This document shows positions 31,039 through 41,866 of a DNA stretch of 64,000 nt, in pieces (positions within the stretch are counted from its first letter, which is position 1; each line of letters begins with the position of its first letter). Where the stretch lies: assembly GCA_965243315.1 (NCBI GenBank), contig CBDEUP010000007.1:2343500-2407499 (forward strand), written 5' to 3'. The position numbers and the translations under genes were made by a program. The stretch is from Alphaproteobacteria bacterium. Its GTDB lineage: Bacteria > Pseudomonadota > Alphaproteobacteria > UBA828. The notes under the pieces are model-generated. The model made no database searches. It was not told the origin of the DNA and was given only the letters and a program-made list of their open reading frames with translations.

Positions 31039-31201
31039 CTATTGGCGCCGCCCTCTTCGAGCGCGTTGGCGGCGCATTCGTACCACTACGTAGGGCAGCA
31101 TAAATTTCTGCGTAGAAATGGTCGCAGGCGTTTCTCCGTGCTAACGTGCGCGCGGACCGAGCGGCGCGCCCTCCGGGCGCGCCTGGTTCTGATGCGGGAG
31201 G

Positions 31202-32572
31202 ATGGAAATGGCATTGAGGAACGGATTGCGTCGCGGCATGAGCGGAGTGCTGGCTGCGGCAGTGGTTGCCGGCGGGCTTTCGGTGGCGGCCACGACGACT
31301 TTCACCAGCGGCGAGGCTCAGGCGCAGGACGAGCAGTTCATTCCCCTGCTCGTCTACCGGACCGGGCCTTACGCGCCCAACGGCATTCCAGCCGCGAACG
31401 GCGCGCTCGACTATTACACGCTGATCAACGAACGCGACGGCGGGGTCAACGGCGTCGCGCTCGCCTTCGAGGAGTGCGAGTACCGCTACGACACGAAGCT
31501 CGGCGTCGAGTGCTACGAACGCCTCAAGAACCAGGGGCCGACGGGGGCGTCAATCGTCATGCCGCTGTCCACTGGCGTGACTTATCAGCTCAACCCGAGG
31601 GCGCCGGTTGACCAGATTCCGGTGCACTCCATGGGTTACGGGCAGACGGCGGCCTCGGACGGGCGCGTCTTCCCGTGGACCTTCACCTTCCCCACCACGT
31701 ACTGGAGCCAGGCTTCGGCCTTCATCAAGTTCGTGGGTGCCGAGGAAGGCGGCATGGAGAATCTGGCGGGTAAGACGATCGCGCTGATCTACCACAACAG
31801 CCCCTACGGCAAGGAGCCGATCCCCACCCTTCAGGTGCTGGCGGAGAAGTTCGGCTACACGCTCGAGCTGCTTCCGGTCGACCATCCGGGGCAGGAGCAG
31901 CGGGCGACCTGGCTGCAGATTCGCAAGATCAGGCCCGACTGGACCTTCCTGTGGGGCTGGGGCGTGATGAACCAGGTCGCGCTCAAGGAAGCCGCCGCCA
32001 TCGCCTATGACATGAATCGTCTGATCGGCGTGTGGTGGTCTTCCAGCGAGTCCGACGTGGTACCGGCCGGCGACGATGCCATCGGCTATCGGGGCGGCTC
32101 GTTCCACTCGCCGGGCGCGGGCTTCGCGCTCCACGACGAGATCCTGCAGAGCCTCTACGGCGGCGACGCGGCGGCAGCGGCTGAGAAGAACTTCGGCGAA
32201 GTTCTCTACAACCGCGGGCTCCTCAGCTCCGTCTACACCACCGAGGCGATCCGCACCGCTCAGGCCAAGTACGGCAACCGGCCGCTCACCGGCGAAGAGG
32301 TGCGCTGGGGTCTGGAGAACCTCGACCTGACCGAGGAGCGGCTGGCGGAGCTCGGCCTCGCCGGCTTCACCCCGCCGGTGAAGATCACCTGCGAGGACCA
32401 TGAGGGCAACGGCCCCGTGATCATCCAGCAGTGGGACGGTGAGAACTGGAACATCGTCAGTGACTGGATCGAGCCCATGCAGGATGTCGTGCGCCCGATG
32501 ATCGAGGCGGCGGCAGCCCAGTACGCGGAGGAGAACAACATCACCCCGCGCGACTGCTCGCAGGAGATGTGA
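31202..32572 (+). CDS. ABC transporter substrate-binding protein (type I, branched-chain-amino-acid/amide family)
   Basis: 456 aa with a signal-like N-terminus (...VLAAAVVAGGLSVAATTTFTSGEAQAQ). First gene of a five-gene ABC operon. SD spacing favours the second ATG at 31208. Confidence 0.85.
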   Translation: MEMALRNGLRRGMSGVLAAAVVAGGLSVAATTTFTSGEAQAQDEQFIPLLVYRTGPYAPNGIPAANGALDYYTLINERDGGVNGVALAFEECEYRYDTKLGVECYERLKNQGPTGASIVMPLSTGVTYQLNPRAPVDQIPVHSMGYGQTAASDGRVFPWTFTFPTTYWSQASAFIKFVGAEEGGMENLAGKTIALIYHNSPYGKEPIPTLQVLAEKFGYTLELLPVDHPGQEQRATWLQIRKIRPDWTFLWGWGVMNQVALKEAAAIAYDMNRLIGVWWSSSESDVVPAGDDAIGYRGGSFHSPGAGFALHDEILQSLYGGDAAAAAEKNFGEVLYNRGLLSSVYTTEAIRTAQAKYGNRPLTGEEVRWGLENLDLTEERLAELGLAGFTPPVKITCEDHEGNGPVIIQQWDGENWNIVSDWIEPMQDVVRPMIEAAAAQYAEENNITPRDCSQEM

Positions 32573-33385
32573 CGCTACAATCGGAGAGTGTGGCCGGGGG
32601 TGGCGGCGAGGAAACCGCTGCCACCCCTGAGGCCCTGCTGCGTCTCGACGCGGTCGAGGTCGTCTATGACCATGTGATCTCGGTCCTGCAGGGCGTCAGC
32701 ATCGCCGTCCCCGAAGGGGGGATCGTCGCCCTGCTGGGGCCGAACGGCGCCGGCAAGTCCACCACGCTCAAGGCGGTCTCCAACCTGTTGCGCGTTGAGC
32801 GGGGCGACATCACCGGGGGTCAAATCCACTTCCGGGGCGAGCGCATCGACAAGCTCGCGCCGGGCGACCTCGTGCGCCGCGGCATCATCCAGGTGATGGA
32901 GGGGAGGCGCTGCTTCCCCCATCTCACGGTGCACGAAAACCTGTTGACCGGCTCCTATACCAGGAAGGACGGCAAGGCGGCGGTAAGCGCCGATCTTGAG
33001 CGGGTCTATGCGCACTTCCCCGCCCTTGCCGAGCGGCGTCGCATTCTCGCGGGCTTCATCTCGGGCGGCGAGCAACAGATGCTCGCCATCGGCCGCGCGC
33101 TGATGTCGCGGCCAACCATGGTCCTGCTCGACGAGCCCTCCATGGGCCTGGCGCCGCAGGTGGTGGCTCGGATTTTCTCGGAGGTCCGCCTACTGAACCG
33201 GGAGGAGGGAGTCACGTTCCTGCTTGCCGAGCAGAACGCCAACGTGGCCCTCGGCGTGGCAGACTACGGCTACATCATGGACAGCGGCCAGATCGCCCTG
33301 GAGGGCACGGCGGCGGAGCTCCAGGGCAACCCGGCGGTGAGAGAGCACTATCTCGGCCTCTCGCACGCCGCTGAGGCTGAGTCGG

Positions 33386-33408
<23 letters not shown>
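32569..33408 (+). CDS. ABC transporter ATP-binding protein (LivF-like)
   Basis: 279 aa with Walker A GPNGAGKST, signature ISGGEQQML and Walker B VLLDEPS. The GTG start overlaps the upstream stop. Confidence 0.9.
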
Positions 33409-34209
<801 letters not shown>

Positions 34210-34213
<4 letters not shown>

Positions 34214-35148
34214 TGGAGTTTCTCTGGGACTTCTTCGTCGCGCCCTTCCTCGACATGATCGACTTCCCGATATTCCTGGCCGAGGTCGCGGTCTCCGGCC
34301 TGCTCACCGGCGTGATGTACTCGCTGGTGGCGCTCGGTTTCGTGCTCATCTTCAAGGCCTCGCAAGTGTTCAACTTCGCGCAGGGCGCGATGGTTCTGTT
34401 CGCCGCGCTCACCCTTGTGGGACTGATGGAGCACGGCGTCCCGGTCTGGGGCGCGCTGCCGGTCACGGCAATCGTCATGGTCGCGCTCGCCTTCGCGATC
34501 GAGCGCGGGATGCTGCGCCCGCTGATCAATCAGCCGCCGATCACGCTCTTCATGGCGACCATCGGGCTGAGCTTCCTGCTCGAAGGCGCTGGCGAATGGG
34601 TCTGGGGCTCCAACGTCAAGGCGCTTGACCTCGGCATCCCGAATTCGCCGGTCGATGTCGGTGGCATGCTGCTCAACGAATTCGATCTCATCGCCGCCCT
34701 GGTGGCGGCGGTGCTGGTGACGGCGCTGGCGTTGCTCTTCCAGCACACGCCCATGGGCCGCGCGCTCAGGGCGGTGGCCGACGATCCGCAGGCGGCGCTC
34801 TCTCTCGGTATCTCGCTCAGGACCATCTGGATCATCGTGTGGTCGGTGGCGGGGGTCGTCGCCATCGTCGCCGGTATCATGTGGGGCGCGAAGAGCGGTG
34901 TGCAGTTCAGCCTGTCGCTGATCGCGCTGAAGGCGCTGCCCGTGCTCATCCTGGGCGGGCTGACCTCGGTTCCCGGCGCGATCGTCGGCGGGCTCATCAT
35001 CGGCCTCGGCGAGAAGGTTGCCGAAGTCTATTGGGGTCCGGTGATCGGCGGCGCGATCGAAAACTGGTTCGCCTACATGCTGGCGATGCTGGTTCTCATG
35101 TTCCGGCCCCAGGGCCTGTTCGGCGAGAAGATCATCGAGCGGGTGTGA
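34210..35148 (+). CDS. ABC transporter permease (LivH-like)
   Basis: 312-aa hydrophobic ORF. 4-nt overlap with the upstream ATPase gene. Confidence 0.88.
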
Positions 35149-36200
35149 CTGTGCTCAGCTATTTCAACGACCTCTATGGCACCTTCTTCGCGACCCGTTC
35201 GCGCACGATCAATACCGTCTTCGTGACCGTGATCTCGTTGCTCGCGCTCTTCGCCGTTCCGACGCTCGCAAACGAATACTGGCTGCAGGCGATCCTGATT
35301 CCGTTCCTGATCTTCGCGCTCGCGGCGCTTGGGCTCAACCTGCTCACTGGCTTCGCCGGTCAACTCTCGCTCGGCACCGGCGGCTTCATGGCGGTCGGTG
35401 CCTACGCCGCCTTCAAGATGACGACCGCGTGGCCCGGCCTCGACATCATCTTGATCTTCTTCATCTCGGGCTTCTTCGCCGCCGGTGTCGGCATCCTGTT
35501 CGGGCTGCCGAGCCTGCGTATCAAGGGCTTCTACCTGGCGGTGGCGACGCTGGCAGCGCAGTTCTTCCTGATCTGGCTCTTCAACCGGGTGCCGTGGTTC
35601 TACAACGACAACCCGTCGGGTACGATCACGGCGCCGCCGCGCACCTTCGCAGGCGTCATGGTCACCGGGCCCGAGGCCGCCGCAGAGGTGCGCTATCTGG
35701 TGGCGCTCGTCTTGTTGGCGGTCTTCGTCTTCTTCTCCTGGAATCTGATGCGGAGCCGCTTCGGCCGTGCCTGGATGGCGGTGCGCGACATGGACGTGGC
35801 TGCCGAGATCGTCGGCATCCCGCTGCTCCGCACCAAGCTGCTCGCCTTCGGCGTGAGCTCCTATCTGTGCGGCGTCGCCGGCGCGCTCTTCGTCTTCCTC
35901 TATCTGGGCAGCGCCGAGACCATCGCCTTCGACGTCAACGTCTCCTTCCTCGTGCTCTTCATGATCATCGTGGGTGGCCTCGGCTCGATCACGGGCTCCA
36001 TCATCGGTGCCGCCTTCATCACCATCCTGCCGATCTTCCTGACCAATCTGAACCCGATCCTGGGCATCGACCTCGCCGTGGACCTCGCCAAGCATATCGA
36101 GGTCATCATCTTCGGCGGCCTGATCATCGTGATCCTGATCCTCGAGCCGCACGGCATGGCGCGCCTCATCCAGATCTCGCGAGAGCGCCTCCGCATTTAG
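35145..36200 (+). CDS. ABC transporter permease (LivM-like)
   Basis: GTG at 35145 overlaps the upstream stop (GTGA); 35151 is an alternative. About 351 aa, multi-TM, with ...LNLLTGFAGQLSLGTGGFMAVGAYA... typical of LivM-type permeases. The ORF-track N-terminus (34839) overlaps the previous gene and is rejected. Confidence 0.85.
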   Translation: MTVLSYFNDLYGTFFATRSRTINTVFVTVISLLALFAVPTLANEYWLQAILIPFLIFALAALGLNLLTGFAGQLSLGTGGFMAVGAYAAFKMTTAWPGLDIILIFFISGFFAAGVGILFGLPSLRIKGFYLAVATLAAQFFLIWLFNRVPWFYNDNPSGTITAPPRTFAGVMVTGPEAAAEVRYLVALVLLAVFVFFSWNLMRSRFGRAWMAVRDMDVAAEIVGIPLLRTKLLAFGVSSYLCGVAGALFVFLYLGSAETIAFDVNVSFLVLFMIIVGGLGSITGSIIGAAFITILPIFLTNLNPILGIDLAVDLAKHIEVIIFGGLIIVILILEPHGMARLIQISRERLRI

Positions 36201-36367
36201 CCCCATCGCGCCGCCCTGCCCTGCGGTTCGGCACCCTGGAACATGGTGCTATGCAAGCCATGCGTCGTTCGAGTCAGGATCGAGCAATGCAGCGACTGTT
36301 CTGCCGTGCGGGAACGTGCATCCGCGCCCGCGACCCTTTGCCAGCAGGCGCCTCTGGCGCACGCGAC

Positions 36368-36453
36368 ATCCCACTTATCCCACTTAATCCCGGTGAATCC
36401 CGCTTTATCCCGGTGAATCCCGGCGAATCCCAGTGAATCTCGGTAAATCCCGG
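36368..36453. repeat. array A: 9 tandem units of a 10-bp-phased ATCCC repeat
   Basis: Read directly: ATCCCACTT / ATCCCACTTA / ATCCCGGTGA / ATCCCGCTTT / ATCCCGGTGA / ATCCCGGCGA / ATCCCAGTGA / ATCTCGGTAA / ATCCCGG. It lies in the 301-bp spacer between two convergent ABC operons. Confidence 0.9.
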
Positions 36454-36501
36454 AAAGAATTGTTGCTTTGCGCGCCTCGCGGGCCATTGGTGAGTATCGC
36501 C

Positions 36502-37848
36502 TCAGCGGCCGCGCCGTTCCGGAATGATGCCGCGCGGGCTGAAGCGCATGACGACGAGCAGGATCAGCCCCATCACGATGAGGCGCATGTAGGCCGCACT
36601 GTCGAGCAGGTGGGCGCGGAGCGGGCTGTCCTCGGGCAGGCCGGCGGTGATCGCGTCCATCAGCCAGAAGCCGGCGGGCTCGGCCTCGACCCACACGAAC
36701 CAGACCAGGAAGCCGCCGAACACGGCGCCCCAGTTGTTGCCCGAGCCGCCGACGATCACCATCACCCAGACCAGGAAGGTGAAGCGGAGCGGCTGATAGC
36801 TGCCCGGCGTGAACTGCCCGTCGAGCGTGGTCAGCATGGCGCCCGCAATCCCCATTACCGCCGCGCCCAGCACGAAGATCTGCATGTGGCGCCGGGTCAC
36901 GTCCTTGCCCATCGCCGCCGCTGCGTCCTCGTTGTCGCGGATGGCGCGCATCATGCGCCCCCAGGGCGAGTTCAGCGCGCGCTCGGCGAGCCAGACGATC
37001 GCGATCAGGACCAGCGCGAACAGCACCGCGTAGCAGAGCTTCACGAAGATGCTGGAGCCCGTGATCGGGTCCGCGCCGAGCCAGTGCACCAGATCGAGAA
37101 ACCAGGCGCTCTGCTGCAGGTCGATCTCGTAGGGTACCGGCCGGTCGAGGCCCGTGACGTTCTTCACGCCGCGGCTGAGCCAATCCTCGTTCTTGATGAC
37201 GGTGATGACGATCTCGGCAATGCCGAGCGTGGCGATGGCGAAGTAATCGGAGCGCAGGCCGAGCGCGACCTTGCCGATGAGCCACGCAGCGCCGGCGGCG
37301 AGCAGACCGCCGACCGCCCAGGAGAGGATGATCGGCAGGCCGGCGCCGCCCAAATAGCCGGTGGTGGCGCTGTCGATGCGTTCGATGTCGTCCACCGCCG
37401 GGTCGAAGAAGATGCGGGCGATGAAGAAGCCGGCGACGAGGACGATCGCCGTCCCCGCTGTGCGTAGCAGCTTCCTCCGCACGAAGCGGCGCAGCAGGAC
37501 GATCAGCAGCGCGGCGGCCACCACCACCGCGAGCGCGATGCCGAGATCCGTGCCACCCGCCGACCATGCCTCCGCCACCGGCGACTGCGAGATGAGCACG
37601 CCGGCCAGGCCGCCGAGCGCGGCGAAGCCCATTACGCCGACGTTGAGCAGGCCGGCGTAGCCCCACTGCATGTTAAGGCCGAGAGCCATGATCGCGGAGA
37701 TCAGGCAGAGGTTGAGGATCGAGAGGCTGACCACCCACGACTGGCCGACCCCGACCGCGATCAGCAGCATTGCCATGCCAGCGAAGAGCAGCGGCGTGCG
37801 AAGCCTGGGCGTGCTGCGGAGCCAGGGCGCGTGGATCGGGGTCCTCAT
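36502..37848 (-). CDS. ABC transporter permease (LivM-like)
   Basis: 448-aa multi-TM ORF with ...LNMQWGYAGLLNVGVMGFAALGG.... Last gene of a five-gene - strand operon. Confidence 0.87.
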   Translation of the reverse strand: MRTPIHAPWLRSTPRLRTPLLFAGMAMLLIAVGVGQSWVVSLSILNLCLISAIMALGLNMQWGYAGLLNVGVMGFAALGGLAGVLISQSPVAEAWSAGGTDLGIALAVVVAAALLIVLLRRFVRRKLLRTAGTAIVLVAGFFIARIFFDPAVDDIERIDSATTGYLGGAGLPIILSWAVGGLLAAGAAWLIGKVALGLRSDYFAIATLGIAEIVITVIKNEDWLSRGVKNVTGLDRPVPYEIDLQQSAWFLDLVHWLGADPITGSSIFVKLCYAVLFALVLIAIVWLAERALNSPWGRMMRAIRDNEDAAAAMGKDVTRRHMQIFVLGAAVMGIAGAMLTTLDGQFTPGSYQPLRFTFLVWVMVIVGGSGNNWGAVFGGFLVWFVWVEAEPAGFWLMDAITAGLPEDSPLRAHLLDSAAYMRLIVMGLILLVVMRFSPRGIIPERRGR

Positions 37849-38861
37849 GACAGCACCCGCCCGCGGAAAATCCCGGTCGGGCGCACCAGCAGCACGACCA
37901 CCAGAATGACGAAGGAGATTGCGAGCTTGTAGTCGGTCGACAACAGCTGCATGAGCCCGCTCGGCTCCCAGCTCTCGGGCACCAGGTAGCGCAGGAACTT
38001 CTTGTAGGCGTATGTCACCGCGGTCTCGGAGAGTGCCACGATGAAGCCGCCGGCGACCGCGCCGATGGGGTGGCCGATTCCGCCCAGGATCGCCGAAGCG
38101 AAGATGGGCAGGAGCAGCTGGAAGTAGGTGAAGGGCTTATAGCTCTTGTCGATGCCGTACATGGTGCCGGCCACCGCAGCCAGGGTGGCGGCGATCAGCC
38201 AGGCGTAGAACACCACGCGGTCCGGGCTCACGCCCGATAGCAGCGCCAGGTCCTCGTTGTCAGAATAGGCGCGCATCGCCTTGCCGGCCCGCGTCCGGTG
38301 CAGGAACCAGAAGAGCGCGGCCACCGCGATCGCGGCGACGGCGAGTGTCAGCCCCTGCGAGAGCTTGATCGCGAGGCCTTCCTTCAGCCCGGTCGCGGCC
38401 TTGAATTCGGAGGCCTTGATGATGAAGCGCGCGCCGTCGGCGAGGCGCCGGTCGTCGGGGCCGATGATGAAGCGGACGATGCCTTGCAACGCGAACATCA
38501 CGCCGACCGAGGCGATCAACAGGATCACCGGCGGGCTCTTGCGCCGCCGGTAAAAGCGGAAGACGACGCGGTCCGCAGCCAAGTTGAAGGCGGCCGCGCC
38601 CACGATCCCAAAGGGCAAGGCGATGAGCGCCGTCGGCAGCGGCGCGATTCCGACGTCCATCCCCTGGAACCACCACGTGGTCAGCAGCACGACCATAGTG
38701 CCGAACGCCATCACGTCGCCGTGGGCGAAATTGGCGAAGCGCAGGATACCGAAGATCAGCGTGACCCCGAGGGCACCGAGGGCGAGCTGAGAGCCATAGG
38801 CGACGCCCGGCACGATGACGAAATTCAGCAGCAGGACAATCGCGTTCGCGACGTCGGTCAT
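37845..38861 (-). CDS. ABC transporter permease (LivH-like)
   Basis: 338-aa hydrophobic ORF. 4-nt overlap with the downstream permease gene. Confidence 0.87.
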   Translation of the reverse strand: MTDVANAIVLLLNFVIVPGVAYGSQLALGALGVTLIFGILRFANFAHGDVMAFGTMVVLLTTWWFQGMDVGIAPLPTALIALPFGIVGAAAFNLAADRVVFRFYRRRKSPPVILLIASVGVMFALQGIVRFIIGPDDRRLADGARFIIKASEFKAATGLKEGLAIKLSQGLTLAVAAIAVAALFWFLHRTRAGKAMRAYSDNEDLALLSGVSPDRVVFYAWLIAATLAAVAGTMYGIDKSYKPFTYFQLLLPIFASAILGGIGHPIGAVAGGFIVALSETAVTYAYKKFLRYLVPESWEPSGLMQLLSTDYKLAISFVILVVVLLVRPTGIFRGRVLS

Positions 38862-38864
38862 GGG

Positions 38865-39569
38865 CTACCGGCCGAGGAACGAACGTCGGACTTCGGGGTC
38901 GGCGAGGAGCGCCTCGCCGGTGTCCGTGTGGCGGTTCTGGCCGGTGACGAGCACATAGCCGCGATCGGCGATGGTAAGCGCCTGGGCGGCGTTCTGCTCG
39001 ACCATCAGGATGGCGATGCCGGTCGCGCGGATCTCCAAGATGCGGTCGAAGAGATCGTCCATGACGACGGGCGAAACGCCGGCGGTGGGCTCGTCCAGCA
39101 TGAGCAGCCGGGGCTCGGTCATCAGCGCCCGGCCGATGGCCACCTGCTGGCGCTGGCCGCCGGAAAGCTCGCCGGCGGATTGGCGCCGCCTCTCCTTCAG
39201 GATCGGGAAGAGGTCGAAGACCCGCGCCATGGTGTCGGCCACACCGACGTCGCGGATGTAGGCGCCCATCTCCAGGTTTTCCTGAACGGTCATGGTGGTG
39301 AAGACGTTGCGCTCCTGCGGCACGAAGCCCATGCCCTTGCGCACGCGCTCCTGCGGGCTGAGCCGGGTGATGTCCTCGCCGTCGAGCCGGACCGTGCCCT
39401 CCCTCAGCACGATCATGCCGAAGACCGCCTTCATCGCGGTCGATTTGCCCGCGCCGTTGGGCCCAACGATGACCGCGACCTCGCCCTGCTCGGCCTCGAT
39501 GGTGCAGTCGCGGATGATGTCCGCGCCGCCATAGCCGCCAGACATGCCTTCGCCAGTGAGAAAGCTCAT
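38865..39569 (-). CDS. ABC transporter ATP-binding protein (LivF-like)
   Basis: 234 aa with Walker A GPNGAGKST, signature LSGGQRQQV and Walker B LMLDEPT. Confidence 0.9.
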   Translation of the reverse strand: MSFLTGEGMSGGYGGADIIRDCTIEAEQGEVAVIVGPNGAGKSTAMKAVFGMIVLREGTVRLDGEDITRLSPQERVRKGMGFVPQERNVFTTMTVQENLEMGAYIRDVGVADTMARVFDLFPILKERRRQSAGELSGGQRQQVAIGRALMTEPRLLMLDEPTAGVSPVVMDDLFDRILEIRATGIAILMVEQNAAQALTIADRGYVLVTGQNRHTDTGEALLADPEVRRSFLGR

Positions 39570-40405
39570 GATGCACCCGCGCCGCGCCGCCGGCCGCGGC
39601 CGAGGTAGGAATCGATCACCCGCTGGTCTGCCTTGACCTCCGCCGGCGAGCCCTGGGTCAACACCTTGCCCTCGGCCATGACAATCACCGGCTGGCAGAG
39701 GCGCGAGATGAAATCGATGTCGTGCTCGATCATGCAGAAGGTGTAGCCGCGCTCCCGGTTGAGGCGGAGGATGGCATCGCCGATGGACCGCAGCAGCGTC
39801 CGGTTGACGCCGGCGCCGACCTCGTCGAGGAAGACGATCCGGGGCTCGGCCATCATCGTCCGGCCGAGCTCCAGGAGCTTCTTCTGCCCGCCGGAAAGCG
39901 CGCCCGCGCGCTCGGTGGCGACCCGTTCCAGGCCGAGGAACGTAACCACGTCCCAGGCCCGGTCACGAATCTCCGCTTCCTGGGTACGCACCTTGCCGCG
40001 GCGAAACCAGGCGTTGACCAGGGTCTCGCCGGCCTGGCCGCCCGGCACCGTCGTCAGGTTCTCGAGGACCGTCAGGCTTGAGAACTCGTGCGCGATCTGA
40101 AAGGTGCGCAGAACGCCCCTGTGAAAGAGTTGGTGCGGCTTCAGGCCGGTGATCTCCTGTTCCTGCAGGAACACCCGGCCCTCGGAGGGCGGATACACTC
40201 CGGCGATGACGTTGAAGAGGGTGGTCTTTCCGGCGCCGTTGGGGCCGATCAGCCCGGTGATCGACCCCTCTTCAATCTCCACGGTGACGCCGTCGACGGC
40301 GCGGATGCCGCCGAAATGCAGATGCAGATGCTCGACCCGGATCATGGCAGGCGCGCGGTTCGCGCTGCCCCCCGGGGCAGGGGATGCGGCCGGCGGCCCG
40401 GTCAT
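39566..40405 (-). CDS. ABC transporter ATP-binding protein (LivG-like)
   Basis: 279 aa with Walker A GPNGAGKTT, LSGGQKKLLE and VFLDEVGAG. The start may be the internal ATG at 40345 (MIRVEHLHLHFGG). Confidence 0.88.
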   Translation of the reverse strand: MTGPPAASPAPGGSANRAPAMIRVEHLHLHFGGIRAVDGVTVEIEEGSITGLIGPNGAGKTTLFNVIAGVYPPSEGRVFLQEQEITGLKPHQLFHRGVLRTFQIAHEFSSLTVLENLTTVPGGQAGETLVNAWFRRGKVRTQEAEIRDRAWDVVTFLGLERVATERAGALSGGQKKLLELGRTMMAEPRIVFLDEVGAGVNRTLLRSIGDAILRLNRERGYTFCMIEHDIDFISRLCQPVIVMAEGKVLTQGSPAEVKADQRVIDSYLGRGRRRGAGAS

Positions 40406-40438
40406 CGCTGCCCGAGCCGCCGTCCGTCATTGCGCGAT

Positions 40439-41647
40439 CTAGCGGATTTCCTTGGTCATGAAGGCGCCGCCCTCGACCTCCATCACCGCGTAGGAGCCAG
40501 CGGCCTCGCCCACATCGGTGAGCTCGACGTTGGTCGCACCCTGATAGTCGATCTCGCCGCCGTCGGCGAGGATTTGCAGTGCCTTGCCGAGCTCACCCGG
40601 TCCGATCGGCTCGCCCGGCGCGTTGGCAACGTCCAGCACCTTGGATGCGGATGCACCGCGATCGGCCGTGCCCGCCGCCTGCATGGAGAGCGCGATCAGC
40701 GCCGCGGCGTCGTAGGACTCACCGCGGAACGGGCCGTCGCCGTCCACGCCGTTGGCTGCCGCAAGTTCGACGAATGCCGCAGCGCCCGCAGAGGCCGAGC
40801 CCGGCGCGGTGCCGATGGTGCCCGTCAGCGCGTCGCCAATCGATTCGATCAACGAGTCTCCGATCATGCCGTCGCCGACGATGAAGTTCTCGAAGGCGCC
40901 GGTGTCGACGGCCCCCTGGATGATCCCCTTGCCGCCCTGGTCGATATAGCCGAAGACCACGAGGTGTTCCGCGCCCGAGGCGGCGAGCGCGCCCACCTCG
41001 GCCGAATAGTCACCCTTGCCGTCCTCATGCGCCGCCGAGATTTCGACTGTGCCGCCGAGGGCGGCGAACGCCTCGCCGAAGCTGCCGTCGAGGCCCTTGC
41101 CGTAGTCGTTGTTGGTGTAGGTGACCGCGACGCTGTTGATGCCCCGCTCGATCAGGACCTCGGCGAGCACCTGCCCCTGCCGCGCATCCGACGGCGCGGT
41201 GCGGAAGAAGAGGCCGTTGTCTTCGATCGTGGTCAGCGCCGGCGAGGTCGCCGACGGCGAGATGATGACCACGCCGTTCGGCACCGCGACGTTGTTGGTG
41301 ATGGCGATGGTGACGCCCGAGCAGTCGGCACCGAAGATCGCGGCGACACCGTCAGAGGTGACCAGGCGCTCCGCCGCAGCGGTCGCGGCGGCGGCGTCGA
41401 TGCAGGTCGAATCGCCTCTGACCGGAACCATCACCTTGCCGCCGAGGAAGGCGCCTGAATCCGACACTTCCTTCATGGCCAGCTCGGCCGAATCCCCCAT
41501 GGGGGGCGTCAGCGACTCGATCGGCCCGGTGAAGCCGAGAATGACGCCGACCTTCACCTCGTGGCCGTCGGCCTTGGCGTCCGGCGCGAGCCCAAAACAA
41601 AGCGCAGCGGCAGCCGCGACAAGTGTAACTCGCCAATTCCTTCTCAT
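40439..41647 (-). CDS. ABC transporter substrate-binding protein (LivK-like)
   Basis: ATG at 41647 follows GGGAGG. 402 aa with the signal peptide MRRNWRVTLVAAAAALCFGLAPDAKA, then ...VKVGVILGFTGPIES... typical of the Leu/Ile/Val-binding family. Confidence 0.88.
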   Translation of the reverse strand: MRRNWRVTLVAAAAALCFGLAPDAKADGHEVKVGVILGFTGPIESLTPPMGDSAELAMKEVSDSGAFLGGKVMVPVRGDSTCIDAAAATAAAERLVTSDGVAAIFGADCSGVTIAITNNVAVPNGVVIISPSATSPALTTIEDNGLFFRTAPSDARQGQVLAEVLIERGINSVAVTYTNNDYGKGLDGSFGEAFAALGGTVEISAAHEDGKGDYSAEVGALAASGAEHLVVFGYIDQGGKGIIQGAVDTGAFENFIVGDGMIGDSLIESIGDALTGTIGTAPGSASAGAAAFVELAAANGVDGDGPFRGESYDAAALIALSMQAAGTADRGASASKVLDVANAPGEPIGPGELGKALQILADGGEIDYQGATNVELTDVGEAAGSYAVMEVEGGAFMTKEIR

Positions 41648-41804
41648 GATGCGTGCCTCCCTGTCCGAGGGTTGCGGCCGCACGCTCCAGCGATGGCGCG
41701 GTGCGCCGACCGGTTCGCAAATCATAGCGCGCTTTGACCGGTGTTTCGAACGGATTGGGTAATCGATTCATGCGTCGTGATCTGCGGTTGCCCTGGTTCG
41801 CGCG

Positions 41805-41833
41805 TTGACGGGCTAAGGGGCAGGGACTATCTC
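41805..41833 (+). promoter_or_regulatory. candidate sigma70-type promoter for uvrC (TTGACG-N17-TATCTC)
   Basis: TTGACG at 41805-41810, a 17-nt spacer, then TATCTC at 41828-41833, about 35 nt upstream of the uvrC ATG. Motif match only. Confidence 0.3.
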
Positions 41834-41866
41834 TCAAGCCTAGCGGCGCACCAGGCGGACGACGCG

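Noticed and set aside
36368-36453. GGGAT/ATCCC arrays as CRISPR arrays or minisatellite-encoded peptides. ORFs 35429..36436 (+) and 58497..58724 (-) translate them as IPLIPLNPGES and the like.
   Set aside because: The repeat unit is only 10 bp, with no spacers of CRISPR size and no cas genes. The ORFs crossing the arrays are otherwise Arg/Pro-rich nonsense without start context.
41648-41866. Alphaproteobacterial SOS box (GTTC-N7-GTTC) upstream of uvrC.
   Set aside because: Single GTTC tetramers occur, for example at 41712 and 41796. None has a partner at the required 7-nt spacing.
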